Position numbers and translations under genes: made by a program. The notes beneath the pieces are model-generated. The model was given only the letters and a program-made list of their open reading frames with translations. It searched no databases and was not told the DNA's origin. A stretch of DNA of 63,996 bases, the filler included, from Globobulimina sp. (taxonomy: Eukaryota): the NCBI GenBank assembly GCA_003354225.1. It is 7 parts of 7 records of this genome, joined end to end, with 100 filler letters (N's around TTAATTAATTAA, not from the genome) between each part and the next. Parts side by side here need not be neighbours in the genome. Positions count along the whole stretch, not along the records: positions 9,296 to 18,478 come from PIVH01000049.1; positions 18,579 to 27,757 come from PIVH01000050.1; 5 more parts are not named here. One strand, 5' to 3'. Within the stretch, counting starts at the first letter, position 1; every line of letters starts with the position of its first letter. Shown here in pieces: positions 10,094 to 21,559 of the stretch.

Positions 10094-11566
10094 ATGGCAC
10101 TTAGTCGTAGGAATGCATTCATTGCATACATTCTAATTTTATTAGTAACCATTGGTGCCATCGTAGCCACAGGTTTTATAGCACAGATTGTGTTTAGCAT
10201 ATTATTATCAGTTTATTTTTTCTTTGCAATTATTTATCATTTACTCTATATACCAAATTGTCGCAAATCAACACCACACAAACCACCAAATACGACCACC
10301 AATGCCACGAATAATAATGAGAAACAGTCACAATTATCAGTACAAATGATGAGGAATCCCGCCACCAAACCAAGTAAATCGAGCCGTCTTTATTTTTTAG
10401 ACAATTTAAAGACATTTCTGACTGCCATTGTGGTGGCACACCATATCATGGGCGCATGGTATGTCGTGGGCGCTTATTACAATCCATTCTTATTATTCCA
10501 CACAACATTTCAGTGCATCAATCAGTCATATTTCATGCCTTTATTTTTCTTAATCTCTGGCTATTTCACTCCGACTTCTTGTGATCGGAAAGGAAATCAA
10601 CAATTCATTGCTGATAAATATAAGCGGCTCGGCATACCATTCTTGACTTACACCTTATTACTTGGCCCTGCTTTGGACTTATTCACTAATAAAATACTCA
10701 TTGGACACAATAACTATTCGTACTTTCCTGACGAAGGGCCCTGTTGGTTTCTTGCTTGGTTGCTTATATTCAATATCTGTTACATTATAATTGACAAAAC
10801 AGCACCAATCTATGTGATGGAGTTTCCATCGTTATGGAAGTTACTTGTTTTTGGCGCATTGCTGGGTATCATTCAAGTCATTATATTTCTAGTGACTGGC
10901 GGTCAGTTTATATTAATGCCGATCACTATCGGTAGTTTACCATTTAATGTCGTGTTTTTTATGTCGGGCGTGATTGGCAAACGCAATGGATGGTTGTCGC
11001 TGACTTCTCCAATGTTGACAGACAATGTCATGATTCTCAGAGTGCTGACTGTTATTTGTGTGTTGATGCTTGCAGCATTTTGGTGTTTTTTATATGTTAT
11101 TAATGTAGCAAATGGATTATTGCCAGACAAGAATGAGTCAGAAACCGACTGTGACTCTGATAGTGATGTTTCATATAGTTTGGACTTTATAGGTGCCATG
11201 GTGGGGTTGTATGTATTTGCCGGAATTTGTTGTTTTGTATTCAGTTTGGCACTGTTACAATTTGCTGCAGTATATTGCAATTTTAGTAGTAGATTCACAA
11301 AGTTTTTAAGCGAATCTGCGTATTGCGTATATTTGATTCATCCCTGGATTATCTGCCCAGTGTTATGGAGTTTTGTGCAATTGTTGGATATCTTTGGTAA
11401 ACGGGAAATAGTATTTTGTCATAATAGTAGCGTCAGCAAAACACATTTTGGTAATAATTATTTACTGTGGGTAGGATACATTTATTGCATAATTGTGTCT
11501 TTTATGATTGTATGGCCAATGGCATGGTGTATTCGACAGATTCCTGGTTTGAATAAAATTATATGA
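10094..11566 (+). CDS. Acyltransferase family 3 (OpgC/MdoC-like) multi-TM protein
   Basis: RLYFLDNLK..VVAHH, FMPLFFLISGYF, KRLGIPF, WFLAWL and AYCVYLIH motifs; about 12 hydrophobic segments; intronless. Confidence 0.9.
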   Translation: MALSRRNAFIAYILILLVTIGAIVATGFIAQIVFSILLSVYFFFAIIYHLLYIPNCRKSTPHKPPNTTTNATNNNEKQSQLSVQMMRNPATKPSKSSRLYFLDNLKTFLTAIVVAHHIMGAWYVVGAYYNPFLLFHTTFQCINQSYFMPLFFLISGYFTPTSCDRKGNQQFIADKYKRLGIPFLTYTLLLGPALDLFTNKILIGHNNYSYFPDEGPCWFLAWLLIFNICYIIIDKTAPIYVMEFPSLWKLLVFGALLGIIQVIIFLVTGGQFILMPITIGSLPFNVVFFMSGVIGKRNGWLSLTSPMLTDNVMILRVLTVICVLMLAAFWCFLYVINVANGLLPDKNESETDCDSDSDVSYSLDFIGAMVGLYVFAGICCFVFSLALLQFAAVYCNFSSRFTKFLSESAYCVYLIHPWIICPVLWSFVQLLDIFGKREIVFCHNSSVSKTHFGNNYLLWVGYIYCIIVSFMIVWPMAWCIRQIPGLNKII

Positions 11567-11713
11567 CTCTCTTAATTATATCACGTTGACGTTGCAAGTA
11601 AATAAATAAAATTAAATTAATTAGTAAATATACTTTACTTGAAAGGTTTTCACAGAAACACTTTTCTTTTGAAATTGTATACATTATCCTTGCACTGCAT
11701 GTAAATAATTATT

Positions 11714-12561
11714 CTATGATTCTGTATCTGTCATTGCTGGGGCATATGCATATGTTTTTTTATTTTTGTTACGACAAATCCATTTAAACACTTTACTAAT
11801 AACAAAAAATACAATCACCATAATAACAGATAATAAGCAAATTACAGTAACAACAAAAAATATTTTCTTATCAATATAAATATAATCGTTGTTATAATTG
11901 AAGCTATCAATATTTTTACTAATCGATTGTGCGTAAACAAGAGAGGTTGAAAATGCTTTTTTAAATATTTTCTGCTCATCATAGCGTGTAAAGCGAATCG
12001 CGACGCCACTTTCAGAAAATACATATTCTTTTTCAAATTTATTGTTGTTAATAACAGCACCGTGTCCAATTCCGATAATATCCATTGTCTCTTCAATATC
12101 ACCATTGGCGACACCACGAGTTTTAAACGAATAATCAGAGACTATTTCAATATCAAAACTGACATCATTCCAATCCACAAATGATGCAAGAAACGTAGTT
12201 TGTGTTTCAAAGCGCTGCGATTTGATAAATAGGCATTCACCGTCCATACACGACTCTGAATTTTCATCATAAGCATATGCGAACATTTCTTGCAGTGATA
12301 TAGCAGTGCCATCGGTATGTGTGGCTTCATTAAGCACGGACATCTGACACATGCTTTCTATACTTACCCATTTTCCTGCTGATTCTTTGGTAAATGGCAT
12401 ATATGGACTTGCATGGACTTGCATGGAATCGCAAAATCAATATCTGAGCATAAACTTGCATCATTCGCAAAATCGAGACTAAATTCGTATTTCTTTGCGG
12501 AAACGTTTCTCAACGTACACACAGAGAATGACAGAAATATAGTCAAAAAGAGACGTGCCAT
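11714..12561 (-). CDS. Single-pass membrane protein (signal peptide + C-terminal TM), split by a 1-bp frameshift near 12435
   Basis: ORF 12364-12561 has a signal peptide (MARLFLTIFLSFSVC). Adding one T in GATTTTGC joins it to 11714-12424, which ends in a TM helix and a basic tail. Confidence 0.55.
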
Positions 12562-12602
12562 TAATTAACTAACTAAGTTGGATATACTGATAGATAAAGA
12601 CA

Positions 12603-14389
12603 ATGGCTTTTTTACAGTCACAACGACAACCATTAAATGTCGATGAATGGTTAAAACAAACAAAACTCAGTAACAAAGCAGCAGAGATTATAAAACAAAG
12701 AGAAGTATCTATTGAAGAACTGATAGAATTTGAAACTTCTGATTTAAAATCATTTGCAAATATGTTAGAACTTGATACATTGTCAAAAAATAGATTTATT
12801 AAATCTATCACATCACTAAAACACACCAAACATAAAAATATGGTGAAACGGCATGTGTTTGTATCAGAAACAGAGCATAATGCAATGATACAATTATATG
12901 AACAATACAATAAAGTATCATCATTATGCACATCAATACAAAAAGCAATACAATCATTAAATGAGTGTGCATTAACTGTAAATAATCAAATTGAAAACGA
13001 TATAAATTCTATAATCAACAAAATCAACTATAAAAAAAATGAATTAGTTAATATACTCAATGATAAAGAAACTGTTTTGGAGCAACAACTGAATACAATA
13101 CAAAAATATTTAAACATTATAAATGAGGCACGTTCAAAATATGAATCAGTCAAACAACAAACTATCGACACTGCACAAAGAAAGAAATCAATTTTAAAAA
13201 TAAGTTAAGACTCATTCTGTTATAATTAGATTATAACAAATTAAACTTCTATATGCCACTGCCCTTTTTTTCAAACAGCAAACGATATTTTAAATGAAAA
13301 AGTTGTTACGACATTATTGACATCGACAAATATGAAATTTAATATTATGGATTATGATAAATATTTAAATCAATTGCACTCAACACTGCAGATCGACGAT
13401 TGTGATCAACCAAAAATAATCAAAGTTAATCTGAAAAAAGTATATCATTCATGCATCTCAATGGAATATTCATTGCATGAAACCGACATTGATGCAAATT
13501 CAATAAAAGCTATCTCTGAAATTGTTATCGAATATGCAATGTTGCCCATAATATATGCATCAAAGATCCAAATTAAACCGAAAAGTATCAATGAAGGCAT
13601 TATCAAAGATTATCAGCTGGATTTAGAACGCATTGATATTGACTTTGATTCACTGAAATGGATCAAAAATGATAGAAAAATAAAATATAAAAACTATAAA
13701 AATAAATATAAGATAACTGACTTGAAAGCGGGAAGAGCTTATTTATTGAGAGTGTGTGCAAGAAACACGTCCGGTTTTGGACCTTATTCCAATATTATCG
13801 GTGCTATGACAAGTTATAATATATATTATTTATCATTTTATTTGATCACAAAACGTTTTTTACAGTGAAAGAATCAAATATTGATAAATGGGATAAACAC
13901 CGGAAAGGAAATGCGTTTATAATTGAAGGGAAACATAGGAATATAACGTATAATACAACTGGAACGTGGCAGAGTATATTTGGTAAGCAAATATGCAAAA
14001 AACCGTATAAATATCATTGGAAATTACAGATTGTTGAAAAACTAAAGCATGTTTCAAATAATTGGCCACCTCTGGTTGGAATACAACAAAATAATGGCCA
14101 GGAAAAAGCAAATAATTATTTTACTGCTTCGAACTCAGGTTATGCATTCATTGGAGGACATGCTAAATTAACAACAACTGGTAATCCAGGAAGAGATTAT
14201 GGTGAAAGATGGGCGGAAATCAATGACGTTATTGATGTTTATTTAAATATGAAGAAATATACTTTGTTATTTGGAATAAATGGTAAGAAATATGGTGTTG
14301 CACATAATATTGCGAAGGCGGAATATAAGTTAGCACTCAGTTTGTATGATGGTAGGAAAATAAAAATGGTATCATCGTCAAAAAGATAA
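12603..14389 (+). CDS. SAM-like/coiled-coil + FN3 + SPRY(B30.2) protein; exons 12603-13203, 13279-13812, 13866-14389
   Basis: GT-AG introns 13204-13278 and 13813-13865 join three ORFs in frame. FN3: LKAGRAYLLRVCARNTSGFGPYS. SPRY: YHWKLQI..VGI..DVIDVYLNMKKYTLLFGINGKKYG. Confidence 0.8.
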
Positions 14390-14392
14390 ATT

Positions 14393-14469
14393 AATCTGTT
14401 TGGTGTTACATTTAAACTCACTGCACCGCCTTTATCTGATTTTAAATAATATTCTAACGACAATGGAGT
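14393..14469 (-). repeat. About 77-bp diverged copy of an internal coding segment (14834-14910) of the retinol saturase-like gene
   Basis: Encodes TPLSLEYYLKSDKGGAVSLNVTPNR, versus TPLSLEYYLKSDKGGAVGLNVTPNR in the gene. Confidence 0.9.
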
Positions 14470-14622
14470 TTGTGTTGTGAGAAATGTTTTTGTTTTTATT
14501 CAAAGCGGACATTCAACATTAATTTATTCGAATAAGCGCAATTATTGCACGGGTAACATCTGAATCAGCTGCAAAGGAAATATTTAAGAGTTTTTTGACT
14601 GCGCAAGCTAAGAGTTTCTTAT

Positions 14623-16612
14623 TTAAAAAACATATGATCTAAATGCAGTCCGTATAGCTTTGCAAATGAATAAAATCGATTTTTTAACTCCAGCAAATCG
14701 CAATGCAGTGATAATCCCGGCAGCCTGACAAATGGGAATGCCACACATTAAAAAATCCTGTCCAGTCAACCATAAACCTGTAAGAATATGATTTTTATTA
14801 CAATCTGTCAAATCTAATATTTTATCATCAACAAATCGGTTTGGTGTTACATTCAAACCCACTGCGCCGCCTTTATCTGATTTTAAATAATATTCCAACG
14901 ACAATGGCGTCGATAAATCAATAAAATCGATTTTATCTTTGCATTTTGGATAAAATTTATATAATTTGGCAATACATTTATCAATAAATAGTTGTTTAAA
15001 CTTTTCATAATCTTTATTTACATGTTTTGTGTCACCTGATTTAAATTCGCCATTTTTATGCCATTTCTCAAACCATTTCCACGGCGCCAATATCAATATT
15101 TGACAAGTTGTTGTATTCGAATTCAGCAACTTATCATCTTTGGATTTGATTGAAGGAAAAGTAAATCCGCAACAAAAATCAATATTTTTTGACGCATCAC
15201 AAATATCACTCTGCGGGTTTTCACACCATACAAAATCATCAATGGCTTGGAAAATGGACCAATTATTCTTTTTATTAACTGCTTGATACCATAAATTTGT
15301 ATCTGTTATGCCCAAATCACGATAATTCGCAGCCAAACCAATATTACATAATAAAAACGAATATGACATTTCCAAAGCGGGCATCACAGCATATTTTATA
15401 TTTAACTGTGTCCGATCATGCTCAGTGAATAATTTGTTGAATGTATTATTGTATCCAATCCCAGAAATCACATTTTTACAAAATATTTCATCACCATTTG
15501 TCATTTTAACACCTGCAATTTTTGATTGTTTGCCATTAATATCATACAATATATGTTCAACTTTTGCGCGACACAAAACATTCCCGCCATTTAATTTTAT
15601 CATAGCCACCAATGTTTTTGCTAACTTTGTAGCTCCGCCTTGTGGATATGCACCGCCTTCGAGCGGAAACCCACGAAAAACACAGGAAGATATCATAAAT
15701 GAACACTCGTTTGGCGGTGAGCCAGTATCTAACCATAGGCCACAAACCAACGATTTTAATTTTTCATTCTTTGTCAATTCATCCAACACAATTTTAGTAC
15801 AACGACCTGCGTATTTTGTAAAATTTAACAATTTGTTTAATACATATTTTCTATATAAACGCTGCAATGATAAAGGTAAAACTCTTTGAAATATCCAAAA
15901 CGGAAATAATTTCATGGCGCAATGCATTTCATGTAATACTAAATCAATGTCATTTTTGTCTTTTTGCGTTGGGAATAATTTGTAAATATCATTTAAATGT
16001 TTTTCATTGTGTTTAATGCGGAAAAATTCAAAATTGTTCCCTTTCTGGCATAGAATCGCCTAAAACAATGCAATCGTAACATCCATCCTTTTGATCAAAC
16101 CCTAATTTTAGCCATTTAACCGGTGCCTGCTGAGTACCACAAACTAAATGCAAAATATTTTCACTTAATGGGATGGCGTAATGTAGGCCAGAATCAAAGG
16201 TATATTTATTTTTATTGCATTTATTTGTTAATTCAAATTCGTGCGTACCACCACCAGCAACGGAATGTTGTTCCAATATTAATACTTTGTAACCAATGCG
16301 TGATAATAATACGCCGCAATGTAAGGAGGAGGTCCCACTGCCAATGATAATCACATCGTATTTGCTTTCATTACATTTATTGAGATTATATCTGTTTGTT
16401 ATTAGATTCCGTTTATGTAATAACTCGTTGTATTGTGTTTCATTTATATCTGTCGATGACAGGCATAACCACCATGCTGCTATGGCAGCTATGCATGATA
16501 TTGTGATTAATATTATCCGCGCAACTAAATAATTGCAACAATAATAATAATAGACACTGCAAAATATGCATATGACTATCGGAATTAATGTAAGTGAGGT
16601 GTTGCATTTCAT
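14623..16612 (-). CDS. All-trans-retinol 13,14-reductase / phytoene desaturase-like FAD oxidoreductase (1-bp frameshift near 16030)
   Basis: YDVIIIGSG Rossmann motif, LEQHSVAGGGTHEF, FDSGLHY, GGAYPQGG, STPLS.EYY, GLWLTGQD. The intervening sequence is open in the downstream frame. Confidence 0.85.
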
Positions 16613-16660
16613 GGTTGTAGGAACTTTAGTATATTTTCCTTGTAAAAAACTCTATTTTTG

Positions 16661-18284
16661 ATGGCAGAGCAAGAATTAACAGAAGCCATTGTGCACACTT
16701 TGATGAAATCGAGTGAAGAAGAACCAAAAGAAGAGAAACAGCAGCAAAACCAACCCAAAACACCGTATAAATTGAACAGAATGACATCAATGAGTTTGCG
16801 AGACGTAACAGAGTCTTTACAAGATCTCGAAGATAAAGATGTCAATGAAAATCATTATCGATTATTGGGTGTTGTAGTGTTCGCCGTTGTATTTTTGGTA
16901 ATGGGTAATTTAACATTTTTTGGTATTTATTCAGAGAAATCCGAGGCTGTGCTACGGATTATTTCACTCATATTTTTTTCATTAATATTAATAAGTTGCA
17001 TATATTTCTTAATTAAAGCTTACTGCGGTGATAGTAAAAAATTATCCAATTATTTAATGAGTTTATTAAATATCAGTCAACCTTCAGATGATGATGTATT
17101 TTTTTTTCATGCTTTCCTTCATAATTTGAATTTGTTATTATATTCAACAATTTATGGTTGTATCACAGTATTATTTCCCGAGATATTTTACCATGATATA
17201 TGGTGGGATGAATCGCAATGTTCGCAAGAAATTAACAAAAAAATTGGTTGTATTGTGGTATTTAGCACATATGGTAAAGGAATTCCTTTCGTTTTTTCTG
17301 TATTCCTCTTTTATTTCTTTAAAACAGTAAAATGTTCATCCAGTTAAGTATTGCTTTTATAATTTTACACATTCTCGTGTTATCTGTATTTATTATTTTG
17401 TTTTTGAATATGCAGCAATTGTCGACGCAAAAAATAAAATAACATCAAAATATAAAACAGCTGAAAATATTGACCGTAAAATAAAGAAACAATTAAAAGA
17501 ATGGCGAAAAAGAAAAAAAATTGAAAATCATAAAACGCAATTTGCCGCATTAATATTTGTTTGGTTCGCAGTGACCATATTTGTGCAAGGACATGTTCGC
17601 CATAATATTTTTTCAATAAAATATAGCAACGCCACAGATTACCTATCAATTATACTTGTATTTGTATTTTATTTTATTGATTCGCTATTTTATTCATATT
17701 TGGTTTTGATGATATTCTTAGTAACTGAACATTATGCATTTCCCTCAATTATTATGGAGCAATTCCTGTTGCCTCTAAATGTGGAGGAAGCAGATGACAT
17801 TATGGGTTGGTGGGAATTGCGTAAATTTTATATTTATTGTATTATAAATGTATATAGCACGCAATTAAGATGGTCAATATTTTTAGGAATAACAGGCAGT
17901 CTCATATTCAGTACATTTTCTTTATTGACCTTTGGAAGCACCGCGGCTTATTTTAATATGTTAGGTGCTTTGGTGGCGGCCATCGCAACGTTTTCATTGG
18001 TAGCAAATGCTGTTTATTTCCATTCCATTCAGTCGCAGCATGCTAACACAATGAATAAAGAAAAGATTGTATTAAATAGAAATAAATTCTATAATGCAAA
18101 TATCACTGATAATCGTAATATTCTTCTTACAATTATTGACTATGTCATGTTCGATGCAGAAAAAAACAGTTCGCCAATACGAGTGTTAGGTGTTGGAATG
18201 GACGCCAATTTTATGTTGTTTTTACGTGCAACAACTGTTACATTTATTGTTTTATTTGTGGCCACATCCACGGGCACGGCATAG
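16661..18284 (+). CDS. Multi-pass (about 7 TM) membrane protein; exons 16661-17273, 17344-18284
   Basis: GT(17274)..AG(17343) intron joins the two ORFs in frame. Hydrophilic N-terminus without a signal peptide; terminal TM preceded by PIRVLGVGMD. Confidence 0.65.
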
Positions 18285-18578
18285 AAATAAACTAACCAAA
18301 TAAGAGGCAAATTTATAATGACAAGAAACCATTAATTTCTTTTTTGCCGATTGACAACCTTTAGTTTGTATTGATTTGTATTGATTTGAATCACTGCGAA
18401 TTAAAAGCTTAGATGTTACCTTTAGTTTGTATTCATTTGTATTGATTCACTTACCGTATTTTTCCTTTTTATTTTACCNNNNNNNNNNNNNNNNNNNNNN
18501 NNNNNNNNNNNNNNNNNNNNNNTTAATTAATTAANNNNNNNNNNNNNNNNNNNNNNNNNNNNNNNNNNNNNNNNNNNN

Positions 18579-18715
18579 TTTCATTTTTTTCATTCAGTTT
18601 GTGGTCTTCCCAGACCACCAGCTTTTTTTCCACTTTTTTCATTTTTTTCCTTTAATTCGTGGTCACCAAAGACCGTTATCCATTCCTTCATTTTTTCACA
18701 TTTTTTCAATTTTTT
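18579..18715 (-). repeat. Degenerate 60-75-bp A-rich repeat units with a small GGT..ACCAC hairpin (same family as 19305-19525)
   Basis: Reverse complement reads GGTCTTTGGTGACCACGAATTAAA and GGTGGTCTGGGAAGACCACAAACTGAATG. Confidence 0.7.
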
Positions 18716-19142
18716 GTGTTTGAGGATGGCATGCTTTAAAACAATACGGCGTTGTTTAATAAACAAATAAAATACCAACCAAATAATATCAACAAAATAT
18801 GTCTTTCCATTTTATTTTATGCTGTTTGGTATTGATTACCATGCATAAGATCCTTTCATTGAGTGACATAAGATCCTTTATTGATTACCATGCAAATTGT
18901 GACTAAATTCATCATGCAACTTGACATCTAAATAGATGTTTTTCAGATGTGTTTGGTTTGCTTCAGAGATAATTTGACTATTTGCTTTCTACGAAATGGT
19001 CGATTGTAACGTTCAGTTTTCTGCAGTTTTTCAAAAGCGTTACTGAATATTGACCAGTCTAAATCTAAATGCACGGCTCACTAATTACGTCCAATTGTGG
19101 CGACTAGTGACAATTGCAATGATTTTTGGCCGCATTTTATTT

Positions 19143-20155
19143 ATCATATATTAAGCGGCGAGAATAAGTGAAGGAATGACTATATTAAGCGACTAGAATG
19201 AGAAGTAATGAGTTGGATGGAATTGGTGATGAAATATTTGGTTCTTATGATGATGGCTTAAGGCATCGCCATCATCACCACAACAACAAACAACCCAAAA
19301 TTTGAAAAAAATGAAGGAAAAGATAGTGGTATTGGATCACCACAAACTGAATGAAAAAAAGGAAAAAATTGAGAAAAAAAATGAAGGAAAAGATTGGTGA
19401 TGATCAGCCACCGCAGATTGAATATAAAAAAATTGGAAAAAAGAAATTTGGGAAAAATGAATTTATGGTCTTGGCTGACCACGAACTGAATAGAAAAATT
19501 GAAAAAAGAAAAAAGAAAAAAAATGAAATGGATGAATATGATGATGATGATGAGCTATTGCTTGCCCATCATCATAATTTGAATTTATTGTTTTTTTTGT
19601 TTGTAGATATCTCTCCTTGCACACGTGCGCAAAAACATTTATTCGTTTACAAAAATAAAAAAATAAACATGATGGGCGTGCACATAGCTCATCAACATAT
19701 CCATCAACATCTAATTTTCTTTCCTTTCCAATTTTTCAGTTATTTGTTGATGACAATCACCGTCTAATTTTTCTTTTTTCTTTTTTCAATTTTTCTATTC
19801 AGTTCGTGTTCAGCCAAGACCATAAATCCATTTTTCCCAAATTTTTTTTTCCAATTTTTCTAGTCAAACAGCGGTGGCTGATCACCACCAAACTTTTCCT
19901 TCATTTTTTTCCATTTTTCTCAATTTTTTCATTAAGTTTGTGGTGATCAAATACCGCCATCTTTTCCTTCATTTTTTTCCATTTTTTCAAATTTTGGGTT
20001 GTTTGCTGTTGTGGTGATGATGGCGATGCCTTAAGCCATCATCATAAGAACCAAATAATTCATCACCAATTCCATCCAACTCATTACTTCTCATTCTCGC
20101 CGCCTTAATACGTGACTGCATTGCTTTCCTTATTCTCACCGCCTTAATATATGAC
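19143..20155. repeat. Long imperfect inverted repeat (arms about 19143-19525 and 19765-20155, spacer about 240 bp)
   Basis: For example, 19195-19310 is the near-exact reverse complement of 19983-20097. Confidence 0.92.
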
Positions 20156-20857
20156 GGCATTCCTTTATCATATATGACGGCATTGCTTCCCATCCAAATC
20201 GATATCACTGTCGCCTCAGGATTTGAACCTGTATCTTCTGGATTAATCCAGTTCTCTGCTTGAGCTATGCGACCATTTCGATCTGTTTCATTTACCATTA
20301 TCGATTTTCTATGTGGAGGTTTATTTTTCAAATGAATTATAAACCATCTGACGAGACAGTAGAGGCAATAGAGTAAGGACTTTTTATTAATCCACGCTGC
20401 TGGCAAGCAATCATCTTAGACATAAGTAGACATTAAATGTAACGTTCTCGAAAAATACTTAGTTTGACATAGTCTAATGCAATCATAATTTGAACAGTTT
20501 TTGCAGAACCATACTAATCAGCATTTATACTTGGTACTAGAAAGATCATTGCTTCGTTACAAGCAAATCAACTTCAATTCACTCAACCAAACCAACCACA
20601 AGGGATAGAAGTCAAACTTACACTGTCCATCTAACAGCCCAAAGGTTTAAAACCAACATTACTTTACTGGAATCTTGGAACGTTGCCATTGTCTAGTTAC
20701 TAGATAGAAGTTAAAAATGCATTTTTCATTTTGAACATCAAAAAACTTTGGATTAACAAACATCCAAAGTTTTTGGTGTTTAACACTTGCAACATTTTTG
20801 TACATTTAACTGTTTTAAATATTTTAAACACTAAAAAACTCTTGCATTAGTGTTTAC

Positions 20858-21342
20858 GGTTGCGCGGAGAGTCAGCCCCTGCTTTGCTTGAGACTGACCT
20901 CTGCTTATGCGTCGCAGATTGAAATAATATCTCTGGTTGCCTTACAAGACCGTTTAGTATTGTCAGCGGTTGGGAACGGGTAAATCTTTGAAACTTCCAC
21001 TTTGGGAGGAGTGGACGCGTCCAGCCGTGATTGTGGGTAATCCCCGGCTTAGCAAGCTCGGTTGAGAGTGATCTTGTTACCCTGTCTGTATCGGCGGACT
21101 CAAAACGGTTCTCGCAGCTAGAGAATCATCCTGTGCTTGCAAAGATCCTGGTGAGGCCAGGTGACGCTATTAGTTATCAAATGATGACTGATATCCCGTG
21201 AGGTAAAGTGTCTAACTGTGTTCCATGAATGTTAAAGTTGTAATTTTCTACGGAACTGTAAACCAGTTAGAACCAAGCACAGAGGACATAAACATAGTCT
21301 GAAGGCAATTCAGGTGGAATAATCTTTGCAGTGACAAGCACA
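20858..21342 (+). ncRNA. Candidate large structured RNA of unknown class
   Basis: GC-richer island with no ORF in the track and at least 10 nested helices. Several G-U pairs work only on the + strand. Probable pseudoknot (see findings). Confidence 0.65.
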
Positions 21343-21559
21343 CTTCAAGAAAATATTTTTAACTTTTTAAAGTGAGCTTTTCATTTCCAAAACTCAGTAT
21401 GTACATAATTTAGATTTGCACATACTGATTTTAGCTGCTAGCAAAAAATTATTCAAACTGATTTTTCATCACTTTATGTTTTTGTCATTTAAAAAAGCTT
21501 GCTTGTAACATAACATTTGTTTGTATGTAGTTTTTTAACTTGATCCTGTACAAAAAGGA

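Noticed and set aside
18579-20155. CRISPR-like array (regular units with hairpins)
   Set aside because: Units are degenerate, the intervals are low-complexity A runs rather than unique spacers, there are no cas genes, and the context is eukaryotic.
19258-20406. ORFs 19258-19482, 19351-19767 and 19987-20406
   Set aside because: Translations of the A-rich inverted repeat; no domain signal.
20864-21052. RNase P/MRP RNA (GGAGAGTC and CCCGGCTTA look like CR-I and CR-V)
   Set aside because: The P4 strands are not complementary beyond 4 bp, and both segments are better explained by local hairpins.
21085-21315. Group I intron (AAACATAGTC resembles the S element, followed by a P9-like hairpin)
   Set aside because: No matching GACTA-type P7 partner in the right order, no P/Q elements and no interrupted host gene.
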